This document shows positions 13,340 to 26,177 of a stretch of 64,000 nucleotides of DNA, piece after piece. The stretch lies in assembly GCA_001179505.1 (NCBI GenBank), contig CDMY01000283.1:62001-126000 (forward strand), in the 5' to 3' direction. The notes under the pieces are model-generated. The model had not been told where the DNA came from, did not search any database, and was given only the letters and a program-made list of their open reading frames with translations. How positions within the stretch are numbered: the first letter of the stretch is position 1; each line of letters starts with the position of its first letter. This stretch comes from Vitrella brassicaformis CCMP3155 (lineage: Eukaryota; Protista; Chromerida). Position numbers and translations under genes: made by a program.

Positions 13340-14190
13340 TTCTCTCTGTGGCTGGGTGGTGTGCAGATCGCTGGCTACATTTTATATCCGATCGACCAAT
13401 GACGACCCCTTCAACCGCACTGCCTTGCTGGCCGTTTGCACATCGAAGGTGAGCTGCAAAAGTATTCTATACTGATCAAGCCGTGTGTACGTGTCTCGTG
13501 TCTCTGCGTGTGCAGATGGATCGCCGTCTCCCTCTTACATCTCCGAGGCTCCTACCTACTTCATCCATTTAGCCTGCCCCCGGGCGGCCCCATAGGTACG
13601 GAAGTGAGGGAGACACAAAAGAGGTGGTAATCAAGATTTGCTCATGTCTATTCTCTTTCGTCTGTCTGTCTGTCTACGCATCTTTGGCCGCTCTGCCGGC
13701 CCCCGAGAGACGCCTCCTCTATCTACTGGCCCGCTACCCCACTGGCCAGCCCACGGCTTACAGCCTCCGCCCACAGCTGCCAGATGGAGGCAGCTATAAG
13801 GTACGCTGCCTGACGTGATGTGGGTACTCACCTGTGTGTTCCCATCTGTTCTGCGATCCTCAGGAAGTCATTCGTCTCCTTAAGGAGAAGTTGCGCGCCG
13901 AGCGGAACAAGAGGGCCAGGAAGGAGGGCCCTCTAGAGCAGGTAGGAGGGAGAGGGAAGGCGGGCCAATGGCTGCCAACGACCTCTGCTGCCCTGTCTTT
14001 CAGGAGATCCTGAAGTTGTGCCGGGTGAACTCTGAGTTGAACCAGGTAAGATCATCGACTTGAGCACATGCCAATCTGAATGCCGTGTGGTGTGTGCGTA
14101 GGAGCTGACGGCCAAGAAGGGCGACAACCGTCAACTGCTGGAGCAGCTCACCGATAATAACTTCAAGAAACCTGCACGCAAGGTAAGCAT
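13340..14190 (+). pseudogene. Family B coiled-coil gene fragment
   Basis: Exons SLATFYIRSTNDDPFNRTALLAVCTSK, MDRRLPLTSPRLLPTSSI* (TAG), EVIRLLKEKLRAERNKRARKEGPLEQ, EILKLCRVNSELNQ, ELTAKKGDNRQLLEQLTDNNFKKPARK. Confidence 0.6.
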
Positions 14191-14529
14191 GAAAGGAGTA
14201 TGCACCTCCTTCAATCATGCGTTTGTGTGTGTGTGTGGGTTTGTGTGTCAGACGACAGCGACGCAGACGGTATCACTGACACATGGGCAGATCGACGTCC
14301 ATTCTACGTCTGTGTGTGTGGGTGTGTGTGTAGGTCAACGAGCCGAGCGTTGGTGGCGGCGGCGCGGTCCAATCTCCTCCTGCGGTCCAGGTATGTACGC
14401 GCCACCACTCACTCACAAATGGGCAGATCGACGTCCATTTATTCTACGTTTGTCTGTGTGTGGGTGTGTGTGTAGGTCAACGAGCCCTCTCCGAGGCGTA
14501 ATCAACGGCTCCCGTCTGTGTGTGGGTGT

Positions 14530-17500
14530 GTGTGCAGCTGTGTTCCCACCGCCCCCACCTGCTCACCTACCTCAACTACTACAATCGCGTCAAGGTGCGC
14601 AGGCAGCACACACACACGCATCCACCCAGCCCCCACACAGTCTGCGTATCTCTGCGTGCGCATATCAATGTGTGTGCAGAACAACGTGTATTTCCATTGC
14701 GGCTGCCCGGGCCATGGCTTCAAGCAGTGCCCGAAGTTCCACGCCAAACTCGCCGAGGCCGCTGCTGCTGCCAAAAACGTACGCAAAGATCGGACGGCCA
14801 CACACACACACCGACGCACAAAGCCTTAGATGCCCGACATGGCTGTCTGTGTGGCTGTCTGTGTGCAGGACCCGCGTTTCCACATCGTGCCCGCCCGGGT
14901 GCCGAGATCTCCAAGAACCGTTCCACCACGGCAATTTCCCTGTGGGACCGGTCGTCGAGGTCAGCAGCGCCAGGAGCAGTTGCGTAAGGAGTGGCGCCGT
15001 GTCGTCAAGGTATGCGAAGCGAGGGAGGGTGATGAGGGAGGGAACAGGGAAGGAGAAGGCACGTCGGGAGCCGTTCCTGCGGGCTTGATCTTTCGCAGGA
15101 GCAGGTTGTCATGGAGCCGCCCTCCCCGACGGGCAGCACCGCCAGCACCAGCAACGACATCGACACCGACACGGTGCGCAGAGTGCCGCACACTTGTATT
15201 CACGCGCGCACACATGCCTGCATGCCTGTCTCTGTCTGTGTGTGTCTGTGTGGCTGTGTGCTCTGATCACAGGGTTCCAACTTCGACAAGAATGTGAGCA
15301 CGAGACACACACACTTGACGAATGGACATCTGATGAATTGTGGCTGTGTGTGTCTGACAGAACTTCCCCTCACTGCCGGGCGCCAAGGACAAGCTCACCA
15401 CGACTCCGCGAGACACGGTATGCAGAGGTGACAGACCCGAAACCATCAGACGTGTACACACATGCAACTGTGCACAGGGCAAGTGGGAGAAACGCTCGAA
15501 GAAGGTCATGGAAGCGCCCACGCCCACCAACAGCACCAAAAGCACCACCAACGGCAGCGTGAAGGTGCACACAGTGACACTCACAGACACAGATGCCTGC
15601 ATGGCTGTCCATCAATCTGTGTATGTGTGTGTGTCTNNNNNNNNNNNNNNNNNNNNNNNNNNNNNNNNNNNNNNNNNNNNNNNNNNNNNNNNNNNNNNNN
15701 NNNNNNNNNNNNNNNNNNNNNNNNNNNNNNNNNNNNNNNNNNNNNNNNNNNNNNNNNNNNNNNNNNNNNNNNNNNNNNNNNNNNNNNNNNNNNNNNNNNN
15801 NNNNNNNNNNNNNNNNNNNNNNNNNNNNNNNNNNNNNNNNNNNNNNNNNNNNNNNNNNNNNNNNNNNNNNNNNNNNNNNNNNNNNNNNNNNNNNNNNNNN
15901 NNNNNNNNNNNNNNNNNNNNNNNNNNNNNNNNNNNNCCGACATGGCTGTCTGTGTGGCTGTCTGTGTGCAGGACCCGCGTTTCCACATCGTGCCCGCCCG
16001 GGTGCCGAGATCTCCAAGAACCGTTCCACCACGGCAATTTCCCTGTGGGACCGGTCGTCGAGGTCAGCAGCGCCAGGAGCAGTTGCGTAAGGAGTGGCGC
16101 CGTGTCGTCAAGGTATGCGAAGCGAGGGAGGGTGATGAGGGAGGGAACAGGGAAGGAGAAGGCACGTCGGGAGCCGTTCCTGCGGGCTTGATCTTTCGCA
16201 GGAGCAGGTTGTCATGGAGCCGCCCTCCCCGACGGGCAGCACCGCCAGCACCAGCAACGACATCGACACCGACACGGTGCGCAGAGTGCCGCACACTTGT
16301 ATTCACGCGCGCACACATGCCTGCATGCCTGTCTCTGTCTGTGTGTGTCTGTGTGGCTGTGTGCTCTGATCACAGGGTTCCAACTTCGACAAGAATGTGA
16401 GCACGAGACACACACACTTGACGAATGGACATCTGATGAATTGTGGCTGTGTGTGTCTGACAGAACTTCCCCTCACTGCCGGGCGCCAAGGACAAGCTCA
16501 CCACGACTCCGCGAGACACGGTATGCAGAGGTGACAGACCCGAAACCATCAGACGTGTACACACATGCAACTGTGCACAGGGCAAGTGGGAGAAACGCTC
16601 GAAGAAGGTCATGGAAGCGCCCACGCCCACGCCCACGCCCACGACGACCACCACCGGCAAGACGACCAACAAGGTGCGCACAGTGACACTCATGGACACA
16701 GATGCCTGCATGGCTGTCCATCAATCTGTGTATGTGTGTGTGTGTGCAGGTGTGTCCCCACCGCCACCACGTGCCGCTCATCGTGAAGACCAAGGATCGC
16801 GTCAAGGTGCGCAGGCAGCACACACACACACGCATCCACCCAGCCACCACACTGTCTGCATATCTCTGTGTGCGCATATCAATGTGTGTGCAGAACAACC
16901 TGTGTTTCCACTGTGGCCAGCCCGGACACTTCCACTCGAACTGCCCGAAGTTGGCCGCCGAGCTCGCCGCCGCTGCTGCTGCTGCTGCCAGAAACGCACG
17001 CAAAGATCGGACATCCACACATACACACACCGACGCACACACCCTTAGATGTCCGACATGGCTATCTGTGTCTGGCTGTGTGCAGGACCCCAGATTCTAC
17101 ATCGTGCCCGCCCCTGGTGCCGCCACCCAGAAGACCACGGAGACCGCCAACAAGAAGGTGCGCACGCACACCACCAAGGTAGGTAGATGGACACACATCC
17201 ACACATCCACTCATTGGCTTTCACATACTGTGTTGGTGTGTGTGTGTGTGTGTGTGTGTCGAAGTGGGTGTCCAAGACCAAGGCGGCCGGCACGCCTTAG
17301 GCGCACAACACCACCCACACCCTCACACCACCACCACGCCACGGCCAAACTCTAGGCCAACCACTGCGTCAAGGTGTGCAGGCAACTCACACACACACAC
17401 AAACACACATCCATCCATCCATTCGTCTGTCTGTCTACGTATCTCTGTGTGCGCATATCAATGTTTGCGCTGCAGGTGTGCTTCTGGTGCGGGGAACCCG

Positions 17501-18017
17501 GCCACGGATACCTCGACTGCCTGGATTTCCGCGCCAAGCTCGCCGCTGCCAAGCCCAATCCAGTATGCAAAGACCAGACATCCACACAAAGATACGCGCA
17601 CACACCGACGCACATCCTGAGATGCCCGACATGGCTATCTGTCTGGGTGTGTGCAGAACCCGTTCTGGATTATCGAGGCGCCGAGCGTTACGGCCCCCGT
17701 GCTGACCGTCAAGACGGAGCCCGCCAAGCAGACCAAGAAGCCATCGGAGAAGGTAGGCAGATGGGCACACACATCCATTCATTTGTTTTCACGCTGTGTG
17801 ATGGTGTGCGTAGATGTGGATGCCGAAGAAGTCCGCCTGTCCGTTTGTGTGTCTTGTCAGTAATTGGACAGCAGGTTTGCTTGCGTACAGACACCCAAGA
17901 CACACACGCATCTATCCATCCATGCCTTTCCATCCATCTGTCCGTGCAGATTGCTGGCTACATTTTATATTTGATCGACTGATGACAAGCCCGCAACCCT
18001 GCCTTATCCCGCCGTGA
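14530..18017 (+). CDS. Family A head-to-tail multi-unit gene with up to three knuckle exons (spans an N gap)
   Basis: Phase-0 exons: degenerate knuckle NNVYFHCGCPGHGFKQC (14680), fused DPRFHIV...KEWRRVVK exons (14869, 15972), NFPSLPG, GKWEKRSKK, VCPHRHHVPL, NNLCFHCGQPGHFHSNC (16894), ANHCVK, VCFWCGEPGHGYLDC (17476), NPFWIIEAP, MWMPKK...*. The gap flanks may be an assembly duplication. Confidence 0.5.
15637..15936. other. Assembly gap (300 N)
   Basis: Run of n; sequence left of the gap (14830-15636) is nearly identical to sequence right of it (15937 onward). Confidence 0.99.
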
Positions 18018-18499
18018 CGGGGACCCCCGCTTCTACGTTGTGCCGATCGCTGTTAAGCGCGCGAAGAATGCCCAGGCACGAGAGGAACAGGAGACGGCAC
18101 ACGTATGAAAGAGAAAACGTGTCACTTATCGCATCTGGATGGATGCACTCCTTGTGTGTGTGTCTGCGTGTGTGTGTGTGCAGCTGATCCGTCTCATCAC
18201 TGACAAGGCCACTACTACGCCTGTCGAGGCCAACACGGTTCGTCAGCGCCCCGCCCCTCCCCCAGACACACATCGGCAACCGTATGCGCACACACACCGA
18301 GATGCACAAGCACGGTGTGAGAACACGACCGGTCACTGTGAGAGTCATCTTTTTGTGTGTCTGTACTCGCAGATCGAATCGTTGTCTACGTTTTACATTC
18401 GTCGGCATATCTTCGCTTCTTCGCAGTCATGTCTCCAACAGGACCAGACCAAGACCTCGATGGCAAAGACATACATGCAATACATCAGGAATACTTTGT

Positions 18500-19355
18500 C
18501 TTCACTTCTGTTCTCTCTGTGGCTGGGTGGTGTGCAGATCGCTGGCTACATTTTATATCCGATCGACCGATGACGACCCCTTCAACCGCACTGCCTTGCT
18601 GGCCGTTTGCACATCGAAGGTGAGCTCTTGAAGTATTCTATACTGACCAAGTCGTGTGTAAGAGGAGGCCTCTGCGTGTGCAGATGGATCGCCGTCTCCC
18701 TCTTACATCTCCGATGCGCCTGCCTACTTCATCCATTTAGCCTGCCCCCGGGCGGCCCCACAGGTACGGAAGTGAGGGAGACACAAAAGAGGTGATAATC
18801 AAGATATGCTCATGTCTCTTCTCTTTCGTCTGTCTGTCTACGCATCTTTGGCCGCTCTGCCGGCCCCCGAGAGACGCCTCCTCTATCTACTGGCCCGCTA
18901 CCCCACTGGCCAGCCCACGGCTCACAGCCTCCTCCCACAGCTGCCAGATGGAGGCAGCTATAAGGTAGGCTGCCTGACGTGATGTGGGTACTCACCTGTG
19001 TGTTCCCATCTGTTCTGCGATCCTCAGGAAGTCATTCGTCTCCTTAAGGAGAAGTTGCGCGCCGAGCGGAACAAGAGGGCCAAGAAGGAGGGCCCTCTAG
19101 AGCAGGTAGGAGGGAGAGGGAAGGCGGGCCAATGGCTGCCAACGACCTCTGCTGCCCTGTCTTTCAGGAGATCCTGAAGTTGTGCCGGGTGAACTCTGAG
19201 TTGAACCAGGTAAGATCATCGACTTGAGCACATGCCAATCTGAATGCCGTGTGGTGTGTGCGTAGGAGCTGACGGCCAAGAAGGGCGACAACCGTCAACT
19301 GCTGGAGCAGCTCACCGATAATAACTTCAAGAAACCTGCACGCAAGGTAAGCATG
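18500..19355 (+). pseudogene. Family B coiled-coil gene fragment (near-identical to 13340-14190)
   Basis: Same exon series at an offset of about 5.17 kb; truncated by an N gap. Confidence 0.6.
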
Positions 19356-19655
19356 NNNNNNNNNNNNNNNNNNNNNNNNNNNNNNNNNNNNNNNNNNNNN
19401 NNNNNNNNNNNNNNNNNNNNNNNNNNNNNNNNNNNNNNNNNNNNNNNNNNNNNNNNNNNNNNNNNNNNNNNNNNNNNNNNNNNNNNNNNNNNNNNNNNNN
19501 NNNNNNNNNNNNNNNNNNNNNNNNNNNNNNNNNNNNNNNNNNNNNNNNNNNNNNNNNNNNNNNNNNNNNNNNNNNNNNNNNNNNNNNNNNNNNNNNNNNN
19601 NNNNNNNNNNNNNNNNNNNNNNNNNNNNNNNNNNNNNNNNNNNNNNNNNNNNNNN
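19356..19655. other. Assembly gap (300 N)
   Basis: Run of n. Confidence 0.99.
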
Positions 19656-19673
19656 TGTGGCTGTCTGTGTGCA

Positions 19674-21741
19674 GGACCCGCGTTTCCACATTGTGCCCGC
19701 CCGGGCGCCGAGATCTCCAAGAACCGTTCCACCACGGCAGTTTCCCTGTGGGACCGGTCGTCGAGGTCAGCAGCGCCAGGAGCAGTTGCGTAAGGAGTGG
19801 CGCCGTGTCGTCAAGGTATGCGAAGCGAGGGAGGGTGATAAGGGAGGGAACAGGGAAGGAGAAGGCATGTCGGGAGCCGTTCCTGCGGGCTTGATCTTTC
19901 GCAGGAGCAGGTTGTCATGGAGCCGCCCTCCCCGACGGGCAGCACCGCCAGCACCAGCAACGACATCGACACCGACACGGTGCGCAGAGTGCCGCACACT
20001 TGTATTCACGCGCGCACACATGCCTGCATGCCTGTCTCTGTCTGTGTGTGTCTGTGTGGCTGTGTGCTCTGATCACAGGGTTCCAACTTCGACAAGAATG
20101 TGAGCACGAGACACACACACTTGACGAATGGACATCTGATGAATTGTGGCTGTGTGTGTCTGACAGAACTTCCCCTCACTGCCGGGCGCCAAGGACAAGC
20201 TCACCACGACTCCGCGAGACACGGTATGCAGAGGTGACAGACCCGAAACCATCAGACGTGTACACACATGCAACTGTGCACAGGGCAAGTGGGAGAAACG
20301 CTCGAAGAAGGTCATGGAAGCGCCCACGCCCACCAACAGCACCAAAAGCACCACCAACGGCAGCGTGAAGGTGCACACAGTGACACTCACAGACACAGAT
20401 GCCTGCATGGCTGTCCATCAATCTGTGTATGTGTGTGTGTCTGTGTGTGTCTGTGTGTGTGTGTGTGTGTGTGTGCAGGAGTGCACCCACCGCCACCACG
20501 TGCCGCTGATCGTGAAGACGAAGGATCGCGTCAAGGTGCGCAGGCAGCACACACACACACGCATCCACCCAGCCACCACACTGTCTTGCGTATCTCTGTG
20601 CGCATATCAATGTGTGTGCAGAACAACGTGTGTTTCCACTGTGGCCAGCCCGGACACTTCCACTCGAACTGCCCGAAGTTGGCCGCCGCTACTGCTGCTG
20701 CCAGAAACGTACGCAAAGATCGGACATCCACACATACACACAACTGCATACACACACACCGACGCACACACCCTTAGATGACCGACATGGCTATTTTTGT
20801 CTGTGTGCAGGACCCCAGATTCTACATCGTGCCCGCCCCTGGTGCCGCCACTCAGAAGACCACGGAGACCGCCAACAAGAAGGTGCGCACGCACACCACC
20901 AAGGTACGTAGATGGACACACATCCACACATCCACTCATTGGCTTTCACATACTGTGTTGGTGTGTGTGTGTGTGTGTGTGTCGAAGTGGGTGTCCAAGA
21001 CCAAGGCGGCCGGCACGCCTTAGGCGCACAACACCACCCACACCCTTACACCACCACCACGCCGCGGCCAAACTCTAGGCCAACCACTGCGTCAAGGTGT
21101 GCAGGCAACACACACACACACAAACACACATCCATCCATCCATTCGTCTGTCTGTCTACGTATCTCTATGTGCGCATATCAATGTTTGCGCTGCAGGTGT
21201 GCTTCTGGTGCGGGGGACCCGGCCACGGATACCTCGACTGCCTGGATTTCCGCGCCAAGCTCGCCGCTGCCAAGCCCAATCCAGTATGCAAGGACCAGAC
21301 ACCCACACAAAGATACGCGCACACACCGACGCACATCCTGAGATGCCCGACATGGCTATCTGTCTGGGTGTGTGCAGAACCCGTTCTGGATTATCGAGGC
21401 GCCGAGCGTCACGGCCCCCAAGCTGACCAAGATGGAGCCCGCCAAGCAGACCAAGAAGCCATCGGAGAGGGTAAGCAGATGGACACACTCATTCACTCAT
21501 TTGTTGTCACGCTGTGTGATGGTGTGCGTAGATGTGGATGCCGAAGAAGTCCGCCTGTCCGTTTGTGTGTCCTTTCAGTAATTGGACAGCAGGTCTGCTT
21601 GCATACAGACACCCAAGACACACGGATCCATCCATCCATCCATCCATGTTTTTCCATCCATCTGTCTGTGCAGATTGCTGGCTACATTTTATATTTGATC
21701 GACTGATGACAAGCCCGCAACCCTGCCTTATCCCGCCGTGA
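19674..21741 (+). CDS. Family A two-knuckle gene copy
   Basis: Fused DPRF/first exon, NFPSLPG, ECTHRHHVPL, NNVCFHCGQPGHFHSNC (20622), DPRFYIV, ANHCVK, VCFWCGGPGHGYLDC (21197), NPFWIIEAP, MWMPKK...*. 5' end lies in the gap. Confidence 0.55.
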
Positions 21742-22249
21742 CGGGGACCCCCGCTTCTACGTTGTGCCGATCGCTGTTGAGCGCTCCAAGGATGCCCAGG
21801 CACGAGAGGAACATGAGACGGCACACGTATGAAAGAAAAGATGTGTTACTTGCCGCATGTGGATGGATGGTTTTGTGTGTGTATGTCTGCGTCTGTGTGT
21901 GTGCAGCTGATCCGTCTCATCTCTGGCAAGGCCACTATCACGCCTGTCGAGGCCAACACGGTTCGTCAGCGCCCCCGCCCCTCCCCCAGACACACATCGG
22001 CAACCACATGGATGGATCTCTTCCTTGTGTGTGTGTGTGTGTGTGTGTGCAGAACTGCGTTGTCGGTGTCAGTTCTTCGGGCAAGGCCACTACCACGCCT
22101 GTCGAGGCCAACACGGTTCGTCAGCGCCCCCGCCCCTCCCCCAGACACACATCGGCAACCATATGCCCACACACACCGAGCCGCCCTGCATCTCGGGGAG
22201 CTTGTCTTTTTCTGCCTATCCGTGACGCAGGCCGTCGTCGAGGTGCCGG

Positions 22250-22504
22250 AGGATCAGGCGCCCGCTGTGGTGAGTGCAGCGTGGATGTGGGCTGCTCACT
22301 CCTCTTTCGTGCACTCTTTCGCAGATGGAAGAGGAGATCAAGGAGCTGGAGCTGCGCAAAGAACAGAAACGCTAGGAGCACTTGGACCGCTTTGTCAGGA
22401 TGTTGGACGAGATCAACTGAGGAGCTCAACGCTCGAGAGGGGGACACCGCCAGATTGAAGGCCAAGGAAGCACAAGAAGCGCGCAAGAAAGCCAAAGCCC
22501 ACGA
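22250..22504 (+). pseudogene. Family C coiled-coil gene fragment with stops
   Basis: AVVEVPEDQAPAV exon, then MEEEIKELELRKEQKR*EHLDRFVRMLDEIN* with a 1-nt insertion before EELNAREGDTARLKAKEAQEARKK. Confidence 0.6.
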
Positions 22505-23079
22505 GGTCTCAGGCGAAACATACATCAGCCATTGCCGCGTACACGGAAGTCGAGCTATGATGCATCTGATGTCATGAGTGCAGCGCAAGGCGACCTGCGT
22601 TAAGCGCGCGAAGGATACCCAGGCACGGGAGGAACATGAGACGGCGCACGTATGAAAGAAAAGACGTGTCACTTGCCGCATCTGGATGGATGGTTTTGTG
22701 TGTGTGTATGTCTGCGTGTGTGTGTGTGCAGCTCATCCGTCTCATCTCTGGCAAAGCCACTACTACGCCTCTCGAGCCCAACACGGTTCGACAGCCGCCC
22801 CGCCCCTCCCCCACACACATCGGCAACCATATGCCCACACACACCGAGGTGCACAAGCACGGTGTGAGAACATGACCGGTCACTGTGAGAGTCATCCTTT
22901 TGTGTGTCTGTACTCGCAGATCGAATCGTTGTCTACGTTTTATATTCGTCAGCATATCTTCGCTTCTTCGCAGTCATGTCTCCGACAGGACCAGAACAAG
23001 ACCTCGATGGCAAAGACATACATGCAATACATCAGGAATACTTTGTCTTCACTTCTGTTCTCTCTGTGGCTGGGTGGTG

Positions 23080-24750
23080 TGCAGATCGCTGGCTATATTT
23101 TATATCCAATTGGCCGATGACGACCCCTTCAAGCGCACTGCCTTGCTGGCCGTTTGCGCATCGAAAGTGAGCTGTCGAAGTATTCTATACCGATCAAGTC
23201 GTGTGTAAGTGTCTCGTGTCTGTGTGTGCAGATGGATCGCCGTCTCCCTCTGACATCTCCGAGGCGCCTGCCTAAATCATCCATTCAGTCTGCCCCCGGC
23301 GGCCCCACAGGTACGTACGTAAGTGAGGGAGACACAAAAGAGGTGATAATCAAGATTTGCTCATGTCTCTTCTCTTTCGTCTGTCTGTCTACGCTTTTTT
23401 GGCCGCTTCGGCGGCCCCCAAGAGACGCCTCTTCTATCTACTGGCCCGCTGCCCCACTGGCCAGCCCACGGCCTCCACTCGCAGCCCTGATGACGCTGCC
23501 AGTGGAGGCAGCTATAAGGTACGCTGCCTGACGCGATGTGGGTACTCACTTGTGTGTTCCCATCTTTGCTTCGACTCTCAGGAGTTGATTCGCCTCCCCA
23601 AGGACAAGCTCCGCGCCGAGCGGGAGGAGTGGGCCAAGAAGGAGGCGATGTTCGAAAAGGTAGGAGGGAGAGGGAAGGCGAGCCGATGGCTGCCAATTAC
23701 CTCTGCTGCCCTGTCTTTCAGGAGATACTAGGTGTCTGCCGGGAGAACTCTGAGTTTAACCTGGTAAGATCATCGACTTGAGCACATGCCAATCTGAATG
23801 CCGTCTGGTGTGTGCGTAGGAGCTGACGGCCAAGAAGGACGACAACCGTCAACTGCTGGAGCAGCTCACCGATAATAACTTCAAGAAACCAGCACGAAAG
23901 GTACGCATCAAAGGAGTATGCACCTGCTTCAATCATGCATTTGTGTGCGTGGGTTTGTGTGTCAGACCACAGCGACACAGACGGTGTCACTGACACATGG
24001 GCAGACCGACGTCCATTTATTCTACGTTTGTCTGTGTGTGGGTGTGTGTGTGCAGGTTGGTGCGTCCGTTGGTGGTGCTGCCAAGGTCCATTCGGTCGCT
24101 GCTGCTGCTGGCGAAATTGGGAAGACCTCGACGCCGTCGCCTGCCGGGAATGTGAGCGCTCACACACATCCACCCACTCACTGACGACATGGCCAAATCC
24201 AAGTGCACCTGCCTCTGTGTGTGGTTTGTGTGCGTGCAGTCTGGTTCGGTCCTCACTGGTGGTGAGAAGGTTGGTGGTGCTGCTGCTCGTCACGGCGGGT
24301 TCCGCGGGAGTTTAGAGAGGACGTAAGCCATCTCAGTTGACTCGATCCGATTGACCAGTAATGATGTGTGTGACGCGGTTGTGTGTTGCAGAACTTCCCG
24401 GTGATTCGGCTATGTCACCACGAGGTATGCAATTGAAGATGAGTCGTGGCACATGAGATCTCACCTGCCGTCGTTTCTGTGACGCATCAGGGCCGCAACC
24501 ACAACCACCACCACCACCCCGGCCGCCGCAACTTCACTCGGATTCCTTTTTGGCGAGACAGGTAGGGTGCAGCCAGTCGAGCAGTTCCTATAATGCGTGA
24601 TGTTCTGTGTTGTCTGTCTGCAGGGATGCGGTTCAGCTACTCCTACGAGCTGCCGGCACAGGAAGACCCCGTCTACTTCCAGCACCAGTGCCCCTTCCCC
24701 CGGCAGCCCCGCCGCCACCACATGCACCCTGGCTCTCGCTGCCAGTGAGC
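23080..24750 (+). CDS. Family B coiled-coil gene, most complete copy (status uncertain)
   Basis: Exons MDRRLPLTSPRRLPKSSIQSAPGGPT, ...SPDDAASGGSYK, ELIRLPKDKLRAEREEWAKKEAMFEK, EILGVCRENSEFNL, ELTAKKDDNRQLLEQ, followed by G/A-rich and H/P-rich exons. Confidence 0.4.
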
Positions 24751-25488
24751 GTGCACTGCGACTCACTGACTAAACGTCGTGGGTGTGCTGCTGGTGAGGG
24801 GATGCGGGTGGATGCGGGGCCTCACACGACATTTGTACAATACATAAAGGAATACTTTGTCTTCTGTTCTCTCTGTGGCTGGGTGGTATGCAGATCGCTG
24901 GCTGTATTCTATATTTGACCGAGCGATGACGACCCCTTCAGCCGCACTGCCTTGCCCCGCCGTTTGCACAGCAAAGGTCAGCTGTCGAAGTATTCTGTAC
25001 TGATCAAGTCATGTGTAAGTGTCCCGTGTCTCTGTGTGCAGATGGATATCGCTGTCTCCCTCTTACATCTCTGATGCGCCTACCTACTTCATCCATTTGG
25101 TCTGCCCCCGGCGGCCCCACAGGTACGTAAGTGAGGGAGAAGGGAAGACGGCACAGGAAATTCATCGTGTCTCTTCTCGTCTGTGTGTTGGCGCATGTTT
25201 GGCCGCTTCGGCGGCCATCGAGAGAGGTACAGTCTGTATGGGCAGCTGGCCCATGGAGCAAGAGAAGACCCCACAACCATGGGTCAATGCTGAACCCGGA
25301 CGAGGTTTGCAGGACCGACACATTACACGCCCTGCGGTTTCCCCCCATATCAATTATGCGCAGGAACAAACATCTTGTCGGGCCACGTGCACTCGCGCTG
25401 CCCGCACTACCTCGTTGACATGGTGGGCAGAGAAAACACGTTCACATCTTTATATGTCTTCATTCCTGACATGGCTGTCTGTGTGCAG

Positions 25489-25984
25489 GCACCCAGCGAC
25501 AACCACAACCGGCCGGCCTCCAACAACCGCCCGGCCGCCAAGAAGCAGACGACAGTGCGCACTGAGGCGCACACACTCACATACGCAATTTGCACATACG
25601 AATCCGTTCATTGCTTTCTTGCTTCGTCTGTGTGCGTGTATGGATGTAGATGTGGGTGCCCAAGCAGACCAATGTTCCCAAACACACCAACGAGACAGAC
25701 GCCAAGGTGCGCAGTGCACTCGACACACGTTCACACATGCATGCGCCGATGCACACTCGTGTCGTATCTCTATCCGTCTTCATTTTGTGCCCAGCGCCCC
25801 ATCAACGCCGCCAACGACCGCGACAAGGTGGGCAGATTGGCACACATCCATCCTCCACAAACGCACCACACACTGCCTGCATGTCCCCCCTCGGTGAATA
25901 TCAATGTGTGCGCAGGACAAGGTCTGCTTCCACTGCCACTGCAAGGGCCACATCCGCGCCAACTGCCCGCTGCTGCGCCGCTAG
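25489..25984 (+). CDS. 3' exons of a family A-related knuckle gene variant
   Basis: APSDNHNRPASNNRPAAKKQTT | MWVPKQTNVPKHTNETDAK | RPINAANDRDK | DKVCFHCHCKGHIRANCPLLRR*; all phase 0 with canonical splice sites. Confidence 0.55.
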
Positions 25985-26177
25985 GCCGCCACACACACCC
26001 CCCACACTCAGCGTGACTCACTCTGTTCCGTGGTCTCGTGTTGCCGGGCATCAAGGTACGTAAGACCTTGGAGGCGATCCCAGTCTGACAGCAGCCAGCC
26101 AGCCAGCCAGCCAGCCAGCCTCGCTCTCCCTCTCTCTCTCCTCGGCGCGTCCCTCTCTGCCATCCATCCATCCGTCC

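Noticed and set aside
25345-25440. GHVHSRCP segment as an additional zinc knuckle
   Set aside because: The CX2C half is missing, so it was not counted; probably a truncated remnant.
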